Positions 8,519 to 18,419 of a stretch of DNA of 27,851 bases are shown here, one piece after another. Position numbers and translations under genes: made by a program. The stretch is from a virus (Duplodnaviria; Caudoviricetes). The stretch lies in the IMG/VR virus record IMGVR_UViG_3300044723_006031, positions 1 to 27,851 of that record. One strand, given 5' to 3'. The notes under the pieces are model-generated. The model saw only the letters and a program-made list of their open reading frames with translations, had not been told where the DNA came from and made no database searches. Position 1 is the first letter of the stretch, and each line of letters opens with the position of its first letter.

Positions 8519-11500
8519 ATGGCAATAGATAGATTCCAAAATAAAGATTTATTAGTATCAGGTAAAGTACCTGTTGAGAGAGTGCAGGTGTATGACTTAG
8601 CAGACCATGCTAATTTAGAGAAATCAGATTTATATTTAAATATTGTAGAGAATGGTTCACGAATGGAATCCCATATCTACTCTGCTGATAAGTTGGTTAA
8701 ATCGCTTGATAATACTGTATTGAATTGGAGTAATAATGTAAAAGATGATGAACCCCAAAAGATAAATTTCTTACTACATCCTGAAAGAGATGTTAGATTA
8801 GCCGGACTTGAATCAGGATATTATAGTATTGTTAATAACTTTCTAAAATCAATATCACCTACAATGAAGGTGATAAACATAAACTCCGATTCAACCGAAG
8901 TAGAACTACAAATAGAAAACACATCTGGTAGGACTCGTTTAGTAGAGTTATTCAATCAACTCAATGTACAGCCAAGCGAAGATACTAAGATGCCAAACAT
9001 TGGATTGAATTTTGGTAATAATGAAATATCAATCATAACCGATGTTAGTTTTGCTAACAATCCAAAAATAGGTTATGTTGAACAAACCATACTTCATCCG
9101 AGTAGTACATTTGGAGGTTCAGATACATTCTTTTCACCAGCCAATGATGGAGACCATTGGATTGAATTTTATAAAGAAAAGTTATCTAATGGAGCACCTG
9201 TAACCAATAACAAAGTATTTACCACAACAGGTCGTAGTGCTAAATTTACGTTAGATGTAAGTAGTGGTACGGCTAGCTGGGTTCAACAATCAGATTCTGA
9301 TGGTGACCCAATCTTTTTTACTAATGAAGTAGGAAATGATGGTGAGCCGGTTGATGAATCAAGATATTATTTTATACCCACTGGAGCACAATTCTACAAC
9401 TTAGAACCTAAAGTGAATTATCTTAGGAAAACTCAGAACTCAAGAATAGATAAAAAAACAACAGTTAGGTTTTATAATCCTGAAATAGATACACGTAAAA
9501 TTACAAATGTAATTGTAAAGTTATACAAACCATTAAAAGATGGACTATCACCATTTGATTGTACTATTGATAAATTTTTGATAGCATCATATATAGAGAG
9601 AGTTTTATTATATGAATTTGATAAGCCGGAAGACCAGCCAAATTTCTCATCACCAAACTTTAAGATTGATTCGGGTAACTATGGCAAATCTCAAGGTACT
9701 GATTTAAAAAGTTGGAATGATTTATTAGATACCAATCTATCAACATCACAACAGATAATTGATAAATATATTAGTGGTTCATTTGGTAGTGTAAATCTTA
9801 ATTTAGATTACACTTACTTTGGTAACTTTGTAAAATACTCATCAGCTGTTGAGCGTGTAAACAACTTAAAATATAAATTAGAGTTAATAGAATCATTTAA
9901 CTCTAGAATTAAAACATTAGAAGATGTAAGTGGTTCTGAAGCATTAACAAACATATCACAATCAATTAGTAGACGTGATGGTGTTGTAAGTGGATTTGAT
10001 GGATGGGAACGTTGGATGTACACAGAATCAACAGGTTCGTTATACACACACTATAGTTCTTCTAATTACCCATTAGAACCTTGGCCTAAACAAAGTACAT
10101 ATCCAAATGTAAATTATAGTGTAACTTCATCAGAAGCAATAAGTGCTTATAATGGGTTGATTGATTCAGCTAGTATATTCGATGCACTTAACGATGCACG
10201 ATTAACAAAAATAGTTCCAGCCGCAATTGTTGAGGACCCGTTAAATAAAGAATATGTTTTATTCGTAGATATGATTGGACACCACTTTGATATAACTTGG
10301 TCTTATATTAATGCATTAACATCTATCAATGAAAGAGAAGAGCACCCATATGATGGTATGCCAAACGAACTTCTTTATGATGTAGCAAAATCTATGGGTT
10401 GGAAACTAACACATGGAAAAGATACATCGCACTTATGGGAATTTGGATTGGGGACTGATAAATTTGGTAATGTACCTAATAGTGGTTCACTTCCATCTAA
10501 ATCACACGAACAAATTAATAATGAAGTATGGAGAAGAATTGTAAACAACATACCATATCTTCTAAAAACAAAAGGTTCAGCTAGAGCCGTTAAAGCATTA
10601 ATTGCTACATATGGTATTCCACAAACATTCTTATCAATTAGAGAATATGGTGGACCTATAATTGAAAATGATGTAAGGCAATATTGGGAACATGATAGAT
10701 TCGTTTACCATTTAAGAATGGATAATGATAACCACATCACAGTTCCTTGGGATAAGGTTACGGATATACACCCTTCAACATATAAGATAAACGACCCTAA
10801 TCCGATTGATGTAATAGAAATTCAAGTTCAACAGAATCTTAATAGAGATACTGCTATTCTTAAAAAAGGAAATCAGTTTGCAGTAATATATGAATCAACA
10901 TCAATAATTTCAGATTATAATAAAGGTAACATTCACTTTTATCTAAGTGGTAGTGGTGGATACAAATCAGCATCAATTTTAGATGTACCATTGTTTGATT
11001 CAAAAATGAGTACATTGGTAGTGGAAAGAGAAAAATCAGTTGATGATATTACATCAGATAATACATATAAACTACAATATCGTAGAGCAAAGAAAGATAG
11101 AATTGTAGTAAGTGAATCCGCAAGTATATCCATCGATGGTGCTACGGAATCATCATACAACGCTGCTTGGACTGGTAGTGGAACTGTAGAGTTTGGTAAG
11201 CCATTTGGTACAATTAGTGGTGCACCATCATTATGGGCGGATACAAATAATATGAGTGGTTCGATTCAAGAAATAAGATATTGGGCTAATCCATTAAAAG
11301 ATATAGTAATTGATGAACATACATTATCTAGAGAATCGTATCATGGTAATAGTATGACAGCATCTTACTTTGATTTAAAGTTTAGATTTTTACCAGATTC
11401 TAATTTAAAAACAATTAACGATCCTGATTCACATGCATCACAACACCCAAATCAACAAGTATCAACTACTCAGAATGGTTCTATATTATCAGCATCATTA

Positions 11501-12973
11501 TTTAATTTTGAAAACGATGATTTAATTGGTGTAACTGAAGAGTACTACACAAAAGTACCATCAGCTGGGGCTAACAATATTATGAACAATAAAGTTAGAG
11601 TTGAAGATAATACATTAACTGCCATTCTGAATACTGAAAATAAAGTTGAAAAATCCCAATACGATTCAGCACCAGTTGATTCAAATGTGGTGGGTGTTTA
11701 TTTAGCCGCTACTAAAATGTATAATGATGATATCATAAACCATACAGGTTATTTCGAAATAGATGATTTAATAGGAGATCCTGATAATAGGATTGGATAT
11801 ACCGAACAAAACGAACAACTAGATTATATTCGTAGACAAGTGTTTAAAAAATACTCAAACAAAAATTTAATAAATAATACAATTGATATTCTTGCTAAAT
11901 ACGATATGTCGGTATTCGAACAAATCAGACAAACGATGCCAGCTAGAGTTGATTACAATTCAGGTATCTTAATTGAACCACATATCTTAGAAAGACCTAA
12001 GGTTAAATCATTAACCCAAGTAACTCAGACTAGGCCAATGTATGATGCACATATTCCTACAATGGATAGACCTATAACTGCATCTAAACATTTATTCGAA
12101 ACTCAAATTACGAACTTATACAATTTATCAGCAGAAGAACTTGGATACGAAACAACAATAACCGAATCGTTATTCAACCTATCAGCTGATAATATATTAT
12201 ATGAAGGTGATTCTGTAGATTTAAATAAGATGCTTATCATAACATCTCAAAAAGATGATATAGAAGAATTGGGCAATCCAAAAATTAGAGATATGTATGT
12301 TGGTTCAAAATACAAATATATAATACCTGTTTACAATTTAGGTTCTGATGTTGGATATGGTTTAAATTGGAATACTGGTTCTAATGGTAGTTGGAATTAC
12401 AATGCAACAGGCACATCGGCTCTTAATGGGACTCCATCTAAATATGCACTTAAAAGTGTATACTTTTATGACACAGCATTATCAGCATCATTGAGATTAA
12501 GTAGTTCATCTTCATTAGTCCCAGCATCAGTTTCAACAGATGAATTACCTCTATCTTTGGAAAATTTAAGATACTTGGGATGTAAGATGTCATCTGAATC
12601 GTTAACAACAAATTCACCTGATACACCTGATGGAAAACCTGTTATTGAAATATTCAAAGCAGACCCTAATGTGTTAATAAACACATCACAAACCTCAGAA
12701 GAAGGAAACTTAGATGTTATATCTGGAACTGCTAGAGATGTGGGAACATTAGATACTGATGATTTAGTAATCAACGATGATTTATATTGGAAACGTTTGC
12801 AAGAATACAGAAGAGAACTCAGAGAGTTCAGACGTAAGATTGAAAAAATGATTGATATTGAAGATGCTAGAGCAGCTGAGTTTGATTTAAGATATAAAAA
12901 AGAATTACTACGTCGTGAAGCAGAAATACTCAGAAGAAAAGAATTTGATATAAAAAATGGCTCACCCTTTTAA
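8519..12973 (+). CDS. Large baseplate wedge protein (gp7 / P2 tail-I-like) with LamG-like domain
   Basis: LLYDVAKSMGW...WRRIVNNIPYLLKTKGSARAVKALIATYG matches the P2 gpI/gp7-type 'KG(T/S)..a' motif. MSGSIQEIRYWANPL is a LamG/concanavalin-type end motif. 1484 aa. Confidence 0.6.
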   Translation: MAIDRFQNKDLLVSGKVPVERVQVYDLADHANLEKSDLYLNIVENGSRMESHIYSADKLVKSLDNTVLNWSNNVKDDEPQKINFLLHPERDVRLAGLESGYYSIVNNFLKSISPTMKVININSDSTEVELQIENTSGRTRLVELFNQLNVQPSEDTKMPNIGLNFGNNEISIITDVSFANNPKIGYVEQTILHPSSTFGGSDTFFSPANDGDHWIEFYKEKLSNGAPVTNNKVFTTTGRSAKFTLDVSSGTASWVQQSDSDGDPIFFTNEVGNDGEPVDESRYYFIPTGAQFYNLEPKVNYLRKTQNSRIDKKTTVRFYNPEIDTRKITNVIVKLYKPLKDGLSPFDCTIDKFLIASYIERVLLYEFDKPEDQPNFSSPNFKIDSGNYGKSQGTDLKSWNDLLDTNLSTSQQIIDKYISGSFGSVNLNLDYTYFGNFVKYSSAVERVNNLKYKLELIESFNSRIKTLEDVSGSEALTNISQSISRRDGVVSGFDGWERWMYTESTGSLYTHYSSSNYPLEPWPKQSTYPNVNYSVTSSEAISAYNGLIDSASIFDALNDARLTKIVPAAIVEDPLNKEYVLFVDMIGHHFDITWSYINALTSINEREEHPYDGMPNELLYDVAKSMGWKLTHGKDTSHLWEFGLGTDKFGNVPNSGSLPSKSHEQINNEVWRRIVNNIPYLLKTKGSARAVKALIATYGIPQTFLSIREYGGPIIENDVRQYWEHDRFVYHLRMDNDNHITVPWDKVTDIHPSTYKINDPNPIDVIEIQVQQNLNRDTAILKKGNQFAVIYESTSIISDYNKGNIHFYLSGSGGYKSASILDVPLFDSKMSTLVVEREKSVDDITSDNTYKLQYRRAKKDRIVVSESASISIDGATESSYNAAWTGSGTVEFGKPFGTISGAPSLWADTNNMSGSIQEIRYWANPLKDIVIDEHTLSRESYHGNSMTASYFDLKFRFLPDSNLKTINDPDSHASQHPNQQVSTTQNGSILSASLFNFENDDLIGVTEEYYTKVPSAGANNIMNNKVRVEDNTLTAILNTENKVEKSQYDSAPVDSNVVGVYLAATKMYNDDIINHTGYFEIDDLIGDPDNRIGYTEQNEQLDYIRRQVFKKYSNKNLINNTIDILAKYDMSVFEQIRQTMPARVDYNSGILIEPHILERPKVKSLTQVTQTRPMYDAHIPTMDRPITASKHLFETQITNLYNLSAEELGYETTITESLFNLSADNILYEGDSVDLNKMLIITSQKDDIEELGNPKIRDMYVGSKYKYIIPVYNLGSDVGYGLNWNTGSNGSWNYNATGTSALNGTPSKYALKSVYFYDTALSASLRLSSSSSLVPASVSTDELPLSLENLRYLGCKMSSESLTTNSPDTPDGKPVIEIFKADPNVLINTSQTSEEGNLDVISGTARDVGTLDTDDLVINDDLYWKRLQEYRRELREFRRKIEKMIDIEDARAAEFDLRYKKELLRREAEILRRKEFDIKNGSPF

Positions 12974-12986
12974 TACGAGATAAGAT

Positions 12987-14078
12987 ATGGCAAGAAGAAG
13001 AAACATAAGAGATACAGGTAATCGGTTAAACAGATTAATCGAAGATAGAATGGCCGAGCGTATATCTAGACCATTGATTAAAAACCCAAAAAGACCTGTT
13101 GATGAATCTACTAAAATTAGTAAGATAATAAAAGAACCTGAGTTATTAGTAAAAACAGGTAAACCTTTAAAGGATAACATACTAATCACTAAAGATGATA
13201 AGAAGAGTGAAGAGGATTTAATTAATTTAGTAAAACCATCACCAATCGCTGATGGTAACGTTAAGAACATTATAGATTCTATAGTAAATCCCAAAGAAAC
13301 GGAAATATTATCAGACCCAGTATTAGATGTTAAAGATTACAACGAAGAAGATGCACGTAGAATTTATATTGAAGATATTGAACGTAGAAAAATTGAAGAT
13401 GAAAGATTTCAAAAGATTGAAGAAGCTTTTAAAGATGAGATAGCTAGAAGAGATATGTTCAGAGAAGAATTGAAACAAATGAAAATTGATTTCGAAATAT
13501 ATCTTAAAGAAAAATATACTGATATCGTTGGTGAAAAAAACATCAAAGATGCTGATGTTGAAGAGGTAAAAGAAGAAGCTAAGCGTAAGGCTGAAGAGAT
13601 ACTTATTAAAAAACAAAAGTTAAAAGAAAACATGATTAAGCGTGTTGAAGAAGAAAAGATACGAAAGCAAAAAGAAATTAAATTGGTTACAAACACTAAA
13701 ACAGAAGAAAATGTTTCAACTTTTTTAGAAGAAGAGATAATTATAGAACAACAGGAGAAGAAACAAAGAAATCCTGAGTTAGATGGTTTTAACAAAGTTC
13801 AGAGAACCATTAAAGAAATGAGAGAAATGGAAATACGTTTGGGAAGGACAATCATTCCCCACAGAGATATTGTTGAAAGTGATGAATCTGATTTTGATTC
13901 ACAATCGGCAACTAAAGAAACTGATATACTTATTAAACCATCTCAAAAATCACCATTCGAAAATTATGATGAAAAGCGAGATATTTTAGAAGTATTACGG
14001 AAGTCTATGAGTAATAATAGTGCCGAAGAAGATTTATGTGTGAAGTACGATAAAGAGGATAGAAACAAACAATACTAA
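12987..14078 (+). CDS. Highly charged (E/K/R/D-rich) coiled-coil hypothetical protein
   Basis: 363-aa ORF filling the gap between structural genes. It shares the TAAGATATGGCA start context with other genes. Confidence 0.65.
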   Translation: MARRRNIRDTGNRLNRLIEDRMAERISRPLIKNPKRPVDESTKISKIIKEPELLVKTGKPLKDNILITKDDKKSEEDLINLVKPSPIADGNVKNIIDSIVNPKETEILSDPVLDVKDYNEEDARRIYIEDIERRKIEDERFQKIEEAFKDEIARRDMFREELKQMKIDFEIYLKEKYTDIVGEKNIKDADVEEVKEEAKRKAEEILIKKQKLKENMIKRVEEEKIRKQKEIKLVTNTKTEENVSTFLEEEIIIEQQEKKQRNPELDGFNKVQRTIKEMREMEIRLGRTIIPHRDIVESDESDFDSQSATKETDILIKPSQKSPFENYDEKRDILEVLRKSMSNNSAEEDLCVKYDKEDRNKQY

Positions 14079-14089
14079 TCAAAAATATT

Positions 14090-14116
14090 AAAAGTTAGTG
14101 TAAAAACTTTTTTTTT
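14090..14116 (+). terminator. Possible weak intrinsic terminator
   Basis: AAAAGTT-agtgtaaa-AACTTTT hairpin running into a T9 tract after the 12987-14078 ORF. The stem is AT-rich and weak. Confidence 0.2.
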
Positions 14117-14131
14117 AATATTTATTATAAG
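14112..14131 (+). promoter_or_regulatory. Candidate phage late promoter (TTTTTAATATTTATTATAAG)
   Basis: Same T-run + ATATTTAT core as at 2575 and 22531; intergenic, 26 nt upstream of ATG 14158. Confidence 0.5.
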
Positions 14132-14157
14132 AAAACAAATTGTAAAAAGGTAAATTT

Positions 14158-14820
14158 ATGGGATATTTAGATAATTCATCAATAACAGTAGACGCTATTT
14201 TAACTAAGAAAGGTCGAGAGTTATTAGCAAAAGGTAGGGATTTCTTTGTAATCAGTCAATTCGCATTGGCAGATGATGAAGTAGATTACGAACTATGGAA
14301 TCCAGCACATCCGTTAGGTTCAGACTATTATGGAATCATAATTGAAAACATGCCTATAGTAGAGGCAGTAACTGATGAGAACTACTCATTAAGATATAAG
14401 TTGTTAACACTTCCTAAGAACACAATTAGAATCCCAATTATTAATTCTAACCCAAGCTCAATTAGTTTAGAAGAAGGTGGACAAACACAAACCGTAACAT
14501 TAACTACTAAGAATGGTGGTAATGATACATTAGGTTATACGGTAACGTTATTGAATTCAGATGCAGCATCTATAATTGGTGATGGTAGTGGTATAGCAAA
14601 CAACACAGATGCAGTTGGTGCTAATGAAGATAGAAGAAGTATGACTATCAGTACAAATTCATCATTTACAATTAATACTAAAGTATTAGCAGATAACACA
14701 GATATTTCAACAAAAATATTCTGTATTGGAAATGAAACAGGTGGCAGAACAGAAATTGATTTAACTGTAACTAACAATCCTGATATTTCAGTAGGTAATA
14801 CATTAGATTCAACATTATAA
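14158..14820 (+). CDS. Virion structural protein (fibre-attachment/baseplate; resembles the N-terminal half of the P2 gpH/DUF3751-type domain)
   Basis: DAILTKKGRELLAKG...ISQFALADDEVDY, followed by an Ig-like Thr/Asn-rich C-terminal domain. Confidence 0.5.
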   Translation: MGYLDNSSITVDAILTKKGRELLAKGRDFFVISQFALADDEVDYELWNPAHPLGSDYYGIIIENMPIVEAVTDENYSLRYKLLTLPKNTIRIPIINSNPSSISLEEGGQTQTVTLTTKNGGNDTLGYTVTLLNSDAASIIGDGSGIANNTDAVGANEDRRSMTISTNSSFTINTKVLADNTDISTKIFCIGNETGGRTEIDLTVTNNPDISVGNTLDSTL

Positions 14821-14837
14821 AGAAATAGGAAAAAGAT

Positions 14838-15893
14838 ATGGCAATTTTACCAGCAGGTTCGTTTAATACATCAAAGCGAGTTTACACAGCATTAAAAGTA
14901 GGTGATGTAGTAGAAGGCGGTGTAGAAAAAGTAACTAGAGGTTTATGGAGTGGTAACGTAGGAACGTTAACTACATTCCATACATCATCAGCACAATCAT
15001 CTACTCAGAAACAATACTATTATGAAATTTTTGATGGAATCTCAACAGATTCAACATCCGAATCGCAATTTTCAGTAACATATGGACACAATCAAGGTAG
15101 TGGTTCATTAGGTACTGATGAAGATTCACCATCAAACGCTATCTATTCTCAGTACGCACAAATCTTACTTCCTGATAATCAGAGAATATTTAAGTTCAAT
15201 AGTACATCAACTGAGCATATTTACGCAATCAACCTCAATAGAGCTAGATTAAAAGATAGACTTGATCCTGGTAACTTTGAACTTCATTTAGCTAAACTTG
15301 ATGGTAACGCGACTGCTTCTGTAGATAGTTCAAATGATGTTATATCATTAATTGATAATAGTGGAGATACCCAACAAGCAGCAACACAAATTGGTAGAGT
15401 ATATAGTTTAGTTTCAGGTTCCATCTCAGCTGGAGCTTATAGTACTACAGAATATGGTTCAGTATATCCTGAGCAGGGTGTTATTGTACTGAATGGTGAT
15501 AAGTTAGATACATCGGAATTGAATTTTGGTACTATTCAAACAACAAACACAAATGGTGATAACGCATTTAGATTATTCACATCAATCTCAGGCGCAGCAG
15601 CAATTAACGCAAATAACGGATTTGCGGCAAGAAACGAAGAAAGAGTACAATCAACATTCTACTTCGTAAGAGCTAAGAATGGTGAGTATAACTTTTCAAA
15701 TAATCCATCATTTGTAACTGGTTCAAATGGGGCATTTAAACAACCAACATTTGCAAACAACCCTAAATCGTATATTACGACTGTTGGATTATACAATAGT
15801 ACGCAGGAACTATTAGCAGTGGCTAAGTTATCTAAACCAATTTTAAAATCATTTTCAAATGAAGTATTGGTTAAAGTTAAGTTAGACTTTTAA
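14838..15893 (+). CDS. Virion structural protein (baseplate/fibre attachment)
   Basis: C-terminal NGEYNFSNNPSF...YITTVGLYNSTQELLAVAKLSKPILK...VKVKLDF; paralogous to the next gene. Confidence 0.6.
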   Translation: MAILPAGSFNTSKRVYTALKVGDVVEGGVEKVTRGLWSGNVGTLTTFHTSSAQSSTQKQYYYEIFDGISTDSTSESQFSVTYGHNQGSGSLGTDEDSPSNAIYSQYAQILLPDNQRIFKFNSTSTEHIYAINLNRARLKDRLDPGNFELHLAKLDGNATASVDSSNDVISLIDNSGDTQQAATQIGRVYSLVSGSISAGAYSTTEYGSVYPEQGVIVLNGDKLDTSELNFGTIQTTNTNGDNAFRLFTSISGAAAINANNGFAARNEERVQSTFYFVRAKNGEYNFSNNPSFVTGSNGAFKQPTFANNPKSYITTVGLYNSTQELLAVAKLSKPILKSFSNEVLVKVKLDF

Positions 15894-15923
15894 ATAATAT
15901 TTTAAGAACGATAATGAAACCGC

Positions 15924-17891
15924 ATGGCAACAGCTTACAAACCTATCAATGGGGGTGGCATACAATTAAGACCATTCAATACTCACAAACGTTGGGTAGT
16001 TACTGATATTAATCATCGAAGTGATTCAAGATTAATTTCGGTAATAAAAGGTATATCCCCACAATATGGTGAAAAGATAAATGTTTCGGAATCAATATCA
16101 CTACCCGCTTACAGAGAAACAGACCAATTAGATAACGAATCTTCTAACACTACATCTTTTCTTAAATCCAAACATCAGAAGGTTGTTTGGTCAGGTCTTA
16201 ATCAAATGTTTTTTAAACATAGACCTAAAGTTGAAAGATACTTATACGCAACAGCATCTATATTCTCAATACCACAAAACAGATTAGGTGATGGTGTTAA
16301 GTTTGGGAGTGTAGAGATTGTTGATACTTCTATGACTTCATCGAATTGTGAATCAGCAATTATAAAAGATAGAAAAGCTGATGAATATCACGGACACTTA
16401 TACGATACTGGGTTAGATACTAGCTCATATGTTCCATTTGGTAACTTAGTTGGTTATTGGGGATTTAATGATGAGGTAGTTCCAAAATACGTTAAAACCG
16501 ATTATACAATAGAAGATAGAAGTGGATACATAAATAATGGTGCTGGTAGGGAATTAAACTATATTCCTGGTATAAAAACAACTGGTGATTCAGTATTACC
16601 ATCAGGAACTATGGTTAATTTTGATGGAACAGATTCATATATCAGAATAGACCACAAACCCCAATACGACTTTTTCTCAACAACAGATTACTCAATATCA
16701 GTTTGGGCCCAATTACCATCTACACAATCCGATACATCCTCAACAACAAATACATTGGTATCTAAGAGGGGGACTTATAAAGATTATGGGCAGGATAAAA
16801 AATTAAAACACGTTTTAAGAAGAAGAAATATACTATCACCTCATTACCCATTCAATATAGAAGTATTGAACCAAACAGCCGCAATGGCAGATAGAGGTAA
16901 GGTTAGTATATCTCTATCAAATGGAATTACTACTGTAGAAGCAATATCAACAACTACAATAAATGATACGGAAGCGCATCATATTTGTTTCAATAAGGTT
17001 GGTAAAACTTTAGAATTGTGGGTAGATGGTGTTAAAGAAAGTACTGATGAATTACCTACAAGTGGTAGTAACGAAGTTATAACATTACGTGGTATATCAA
17101 ACAAAAATGATATTGTGTTAGGTAGTAGAACTCTAACCGATGGTTTTGCAGAAGATGTAGTATCATCACATACTACTTTAAGTGGTTCATTAGATGAACT
17201 CCGTATTTACAATAAATCATTATCGACTAATGAAATAAAATCGTTAGCAAACAATGATTATATAACAGGTTCAGCATATCAAACAGATATTGTTGGTGAA
17301 GTGTTTTACAATCATGGGATAATGGTAGTATCAGACCCAAGACCAAAATACAGATATGTTTGGACTGGGCAGAGTGGAGCTTGGGATTATGGTGATGAGG
17401 TTGTTAATGAAAATGATAATGTATCAAATTCTTCGGAATATGGTTGGTTAACAAAATACAAATCATCTAAAACTTTACATGAACTTAATATATTGTGTGA
17501 GGTTGGTGCAAATGAATTTAATGTATCACAAAACCCAACGTTGAAAAAAAATAATAATTCGGAAAGTTCGGTATTGAAATCATTTGTTACGGGTTCTAAC
17601 TTTAAAAACTATTTTACAACACTTGGATTATACAATCCAAATGGTGATTTGATAGCAATCGGTAAACTAGCCTCAGCAATTCAAAACAGAGATGATGTTG
17701 ATATCACAGTAAAAGTTAGATTAGATTTAGATGGGGCTTTCGGAGCACCTAGCACTGGTTCTTTAATGAGTGGTAAAACAGCTACAGTTACTGAAGTTAA
17801 GGATAAGCAAGGTAATAGTAAATTTGTTTGGGGTAAGTTAGATAGACCTGATATATTAATACAAGGTGATTATCAACCATCTACTATATAA
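15924..17891 (+). CDS. Virion structural protein with LamG/concanavalin A-like domain; paralog of 14838-15893
   Basis: LamG motifs LVGYWGFND..DRSG..N.G..FDGTDSYI..SISVW..HHICF..LWVDG..GSLDELRIYNKSLS..EI (~16447-17250). C-terminal NEFNVSQNPT...YFTTLGLYNPNGDLIAIGKLASAI...VKVRLDL. Confidence 0.75.
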   Translation: MATAYKPINGGGIQLRPFNTHKRWVVTDINHRSDSRLISVIKGISPQYGEKINVSESISLPAYRETDQLDNESSNTTSFLKSKHQKVVWSGLNQMFFKHRPKVERYLYATASIFSIPQNRLGDGVKFGSVEIVDTSMTSSNCESAIIKDRKADEYHGHLYDTGLDTSSYVPFGNLVGYWGFNDEVVPKYVKTDYTIEDRSGYINNGAGRELNYIPGIKTTGDSVLPSGTMVNFDGTDSYIRIDHKPQYDFFSTTDYSISVWAQLPSTQSDTSSTTNTLVSKRGTYKDYGQDKKLKHVLRRRNILSPHYPFNIEVLNQTAAMADRGKVSISLSNGITTVEAISTTTINDTEAHHICFNKVGKTLELWVDGVKESTDELPTSGSNEVITLRGISNKNDIVLGSRTLTDGFAEDVVSSHTTLSGSLDELRIYNKSLSTNEIKSLANNDYITGSAYQTDIVGEVFYNHGIMVVSDPRPKYRYVWTGQSGAWDYGDEVVNENDNVSNSSEYGWLTKYKSSKTLHELNILCEVGANEFNVSQNPTLKKNNNSESSVLKSFVTGSNFKNYFTTLGLYNPNGDLIAIGKLASAIQNRDDVDITVKVRLDLDGAFGAPSTGSLMSGKTATVTEVKDKQGNSKFVWGKLDRPDILIQGDYQPSTI

Positions 17892-17963
17892 AATGTAAAT
17901 ACCTTTGATACAAAACGTAATAAGGGTATGAATAATACCTACACTAAATAATAAAAAATAGTT

Positions 17964-18389
17964 ATGAATAAAAAAGGAAATTGGTCTCACATCCAAAAGA
18001 TGAAAGGCCACAAAAGTGGGTTAGAATCTCGCATAGATGAACAACTTAAATCACAAGGTATTGATGGTGAGTACGAACAACACGAAGTATCATACACAAT
18101 ACCAGCAACTAATCATACTTACAAACCCGATTTTAGATTGCCTAACAATATCTTCATAGAATCAAAAGGATGGTTCTTACCCGAAGATAGAAAAAAACAC
18201 TTACTTATAAAAGAACAGAATCCTGATATGGATTTAAGGTTCGTACTACAATCTCCCAATGGGAAAATATACAAAGGTTCTAAAACCACCTATGCACAAT
18301 GGTGTGATAAGAACGGATTCAAATGGGCTAAAAAAGAAATCCCAACTGAATGGATAAACGAAAAAGAAAAAGTTAATTTCTTTGGTTAA
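17964..18389 (+). CDS. Endonuclease I / Holliday junction resolvase (T7 gp3-like)
   Basis: SGLE..I...L, EYE, Y.IP..HTYKPDF.LPN.IFIESKG.F..EDRKKHLLIKEQ.PD.D.RFV and YKGSKTTYAQWC.K.GF..A closely follow T7 endonuclease I motifs. Confidence 0.93.
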   Translation: MNKKGNWSHIQKMKGHKSGLESRIDEQLKSQGIDGEYEQHEVSYTIPATNHTYKPDFRLPNNIFIESKGWFLPEDRKKHLLIKEQNPDMDLRFVLQSPNGKIYKGSKTTYAQWCDKNGFKWAKKEIPTEWINEKEKVNFFG

Positions 18390-18412
18390 TTCAAATATTT
18401 TTTGTATATTTA
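18381..18412 (+). promoter_or_regulatory. Candidate Bacteroidota-type housekeeping promoter (-33 TTTG / -7 TAnnTTTG-like)
   Basis: TTTG at 18381-18384, a 20-nt spacer, then TATATTTA at 18405-18412 (one mismatch to TAnnTTTG), directly upstream of the primase. Confidence 0.5.
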
Positions 18413-18419
18413 AAACAAT

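Noticed and set aside
12962-12989. Shifty-looking CCC TTT TAA that might fuse the 1484-aa gene to the next ORF by +1 frameshift
   Set aside because: The +1 frame hits TAA at 12981-12983 before ATG 12987, so no fusion is possible by that route.
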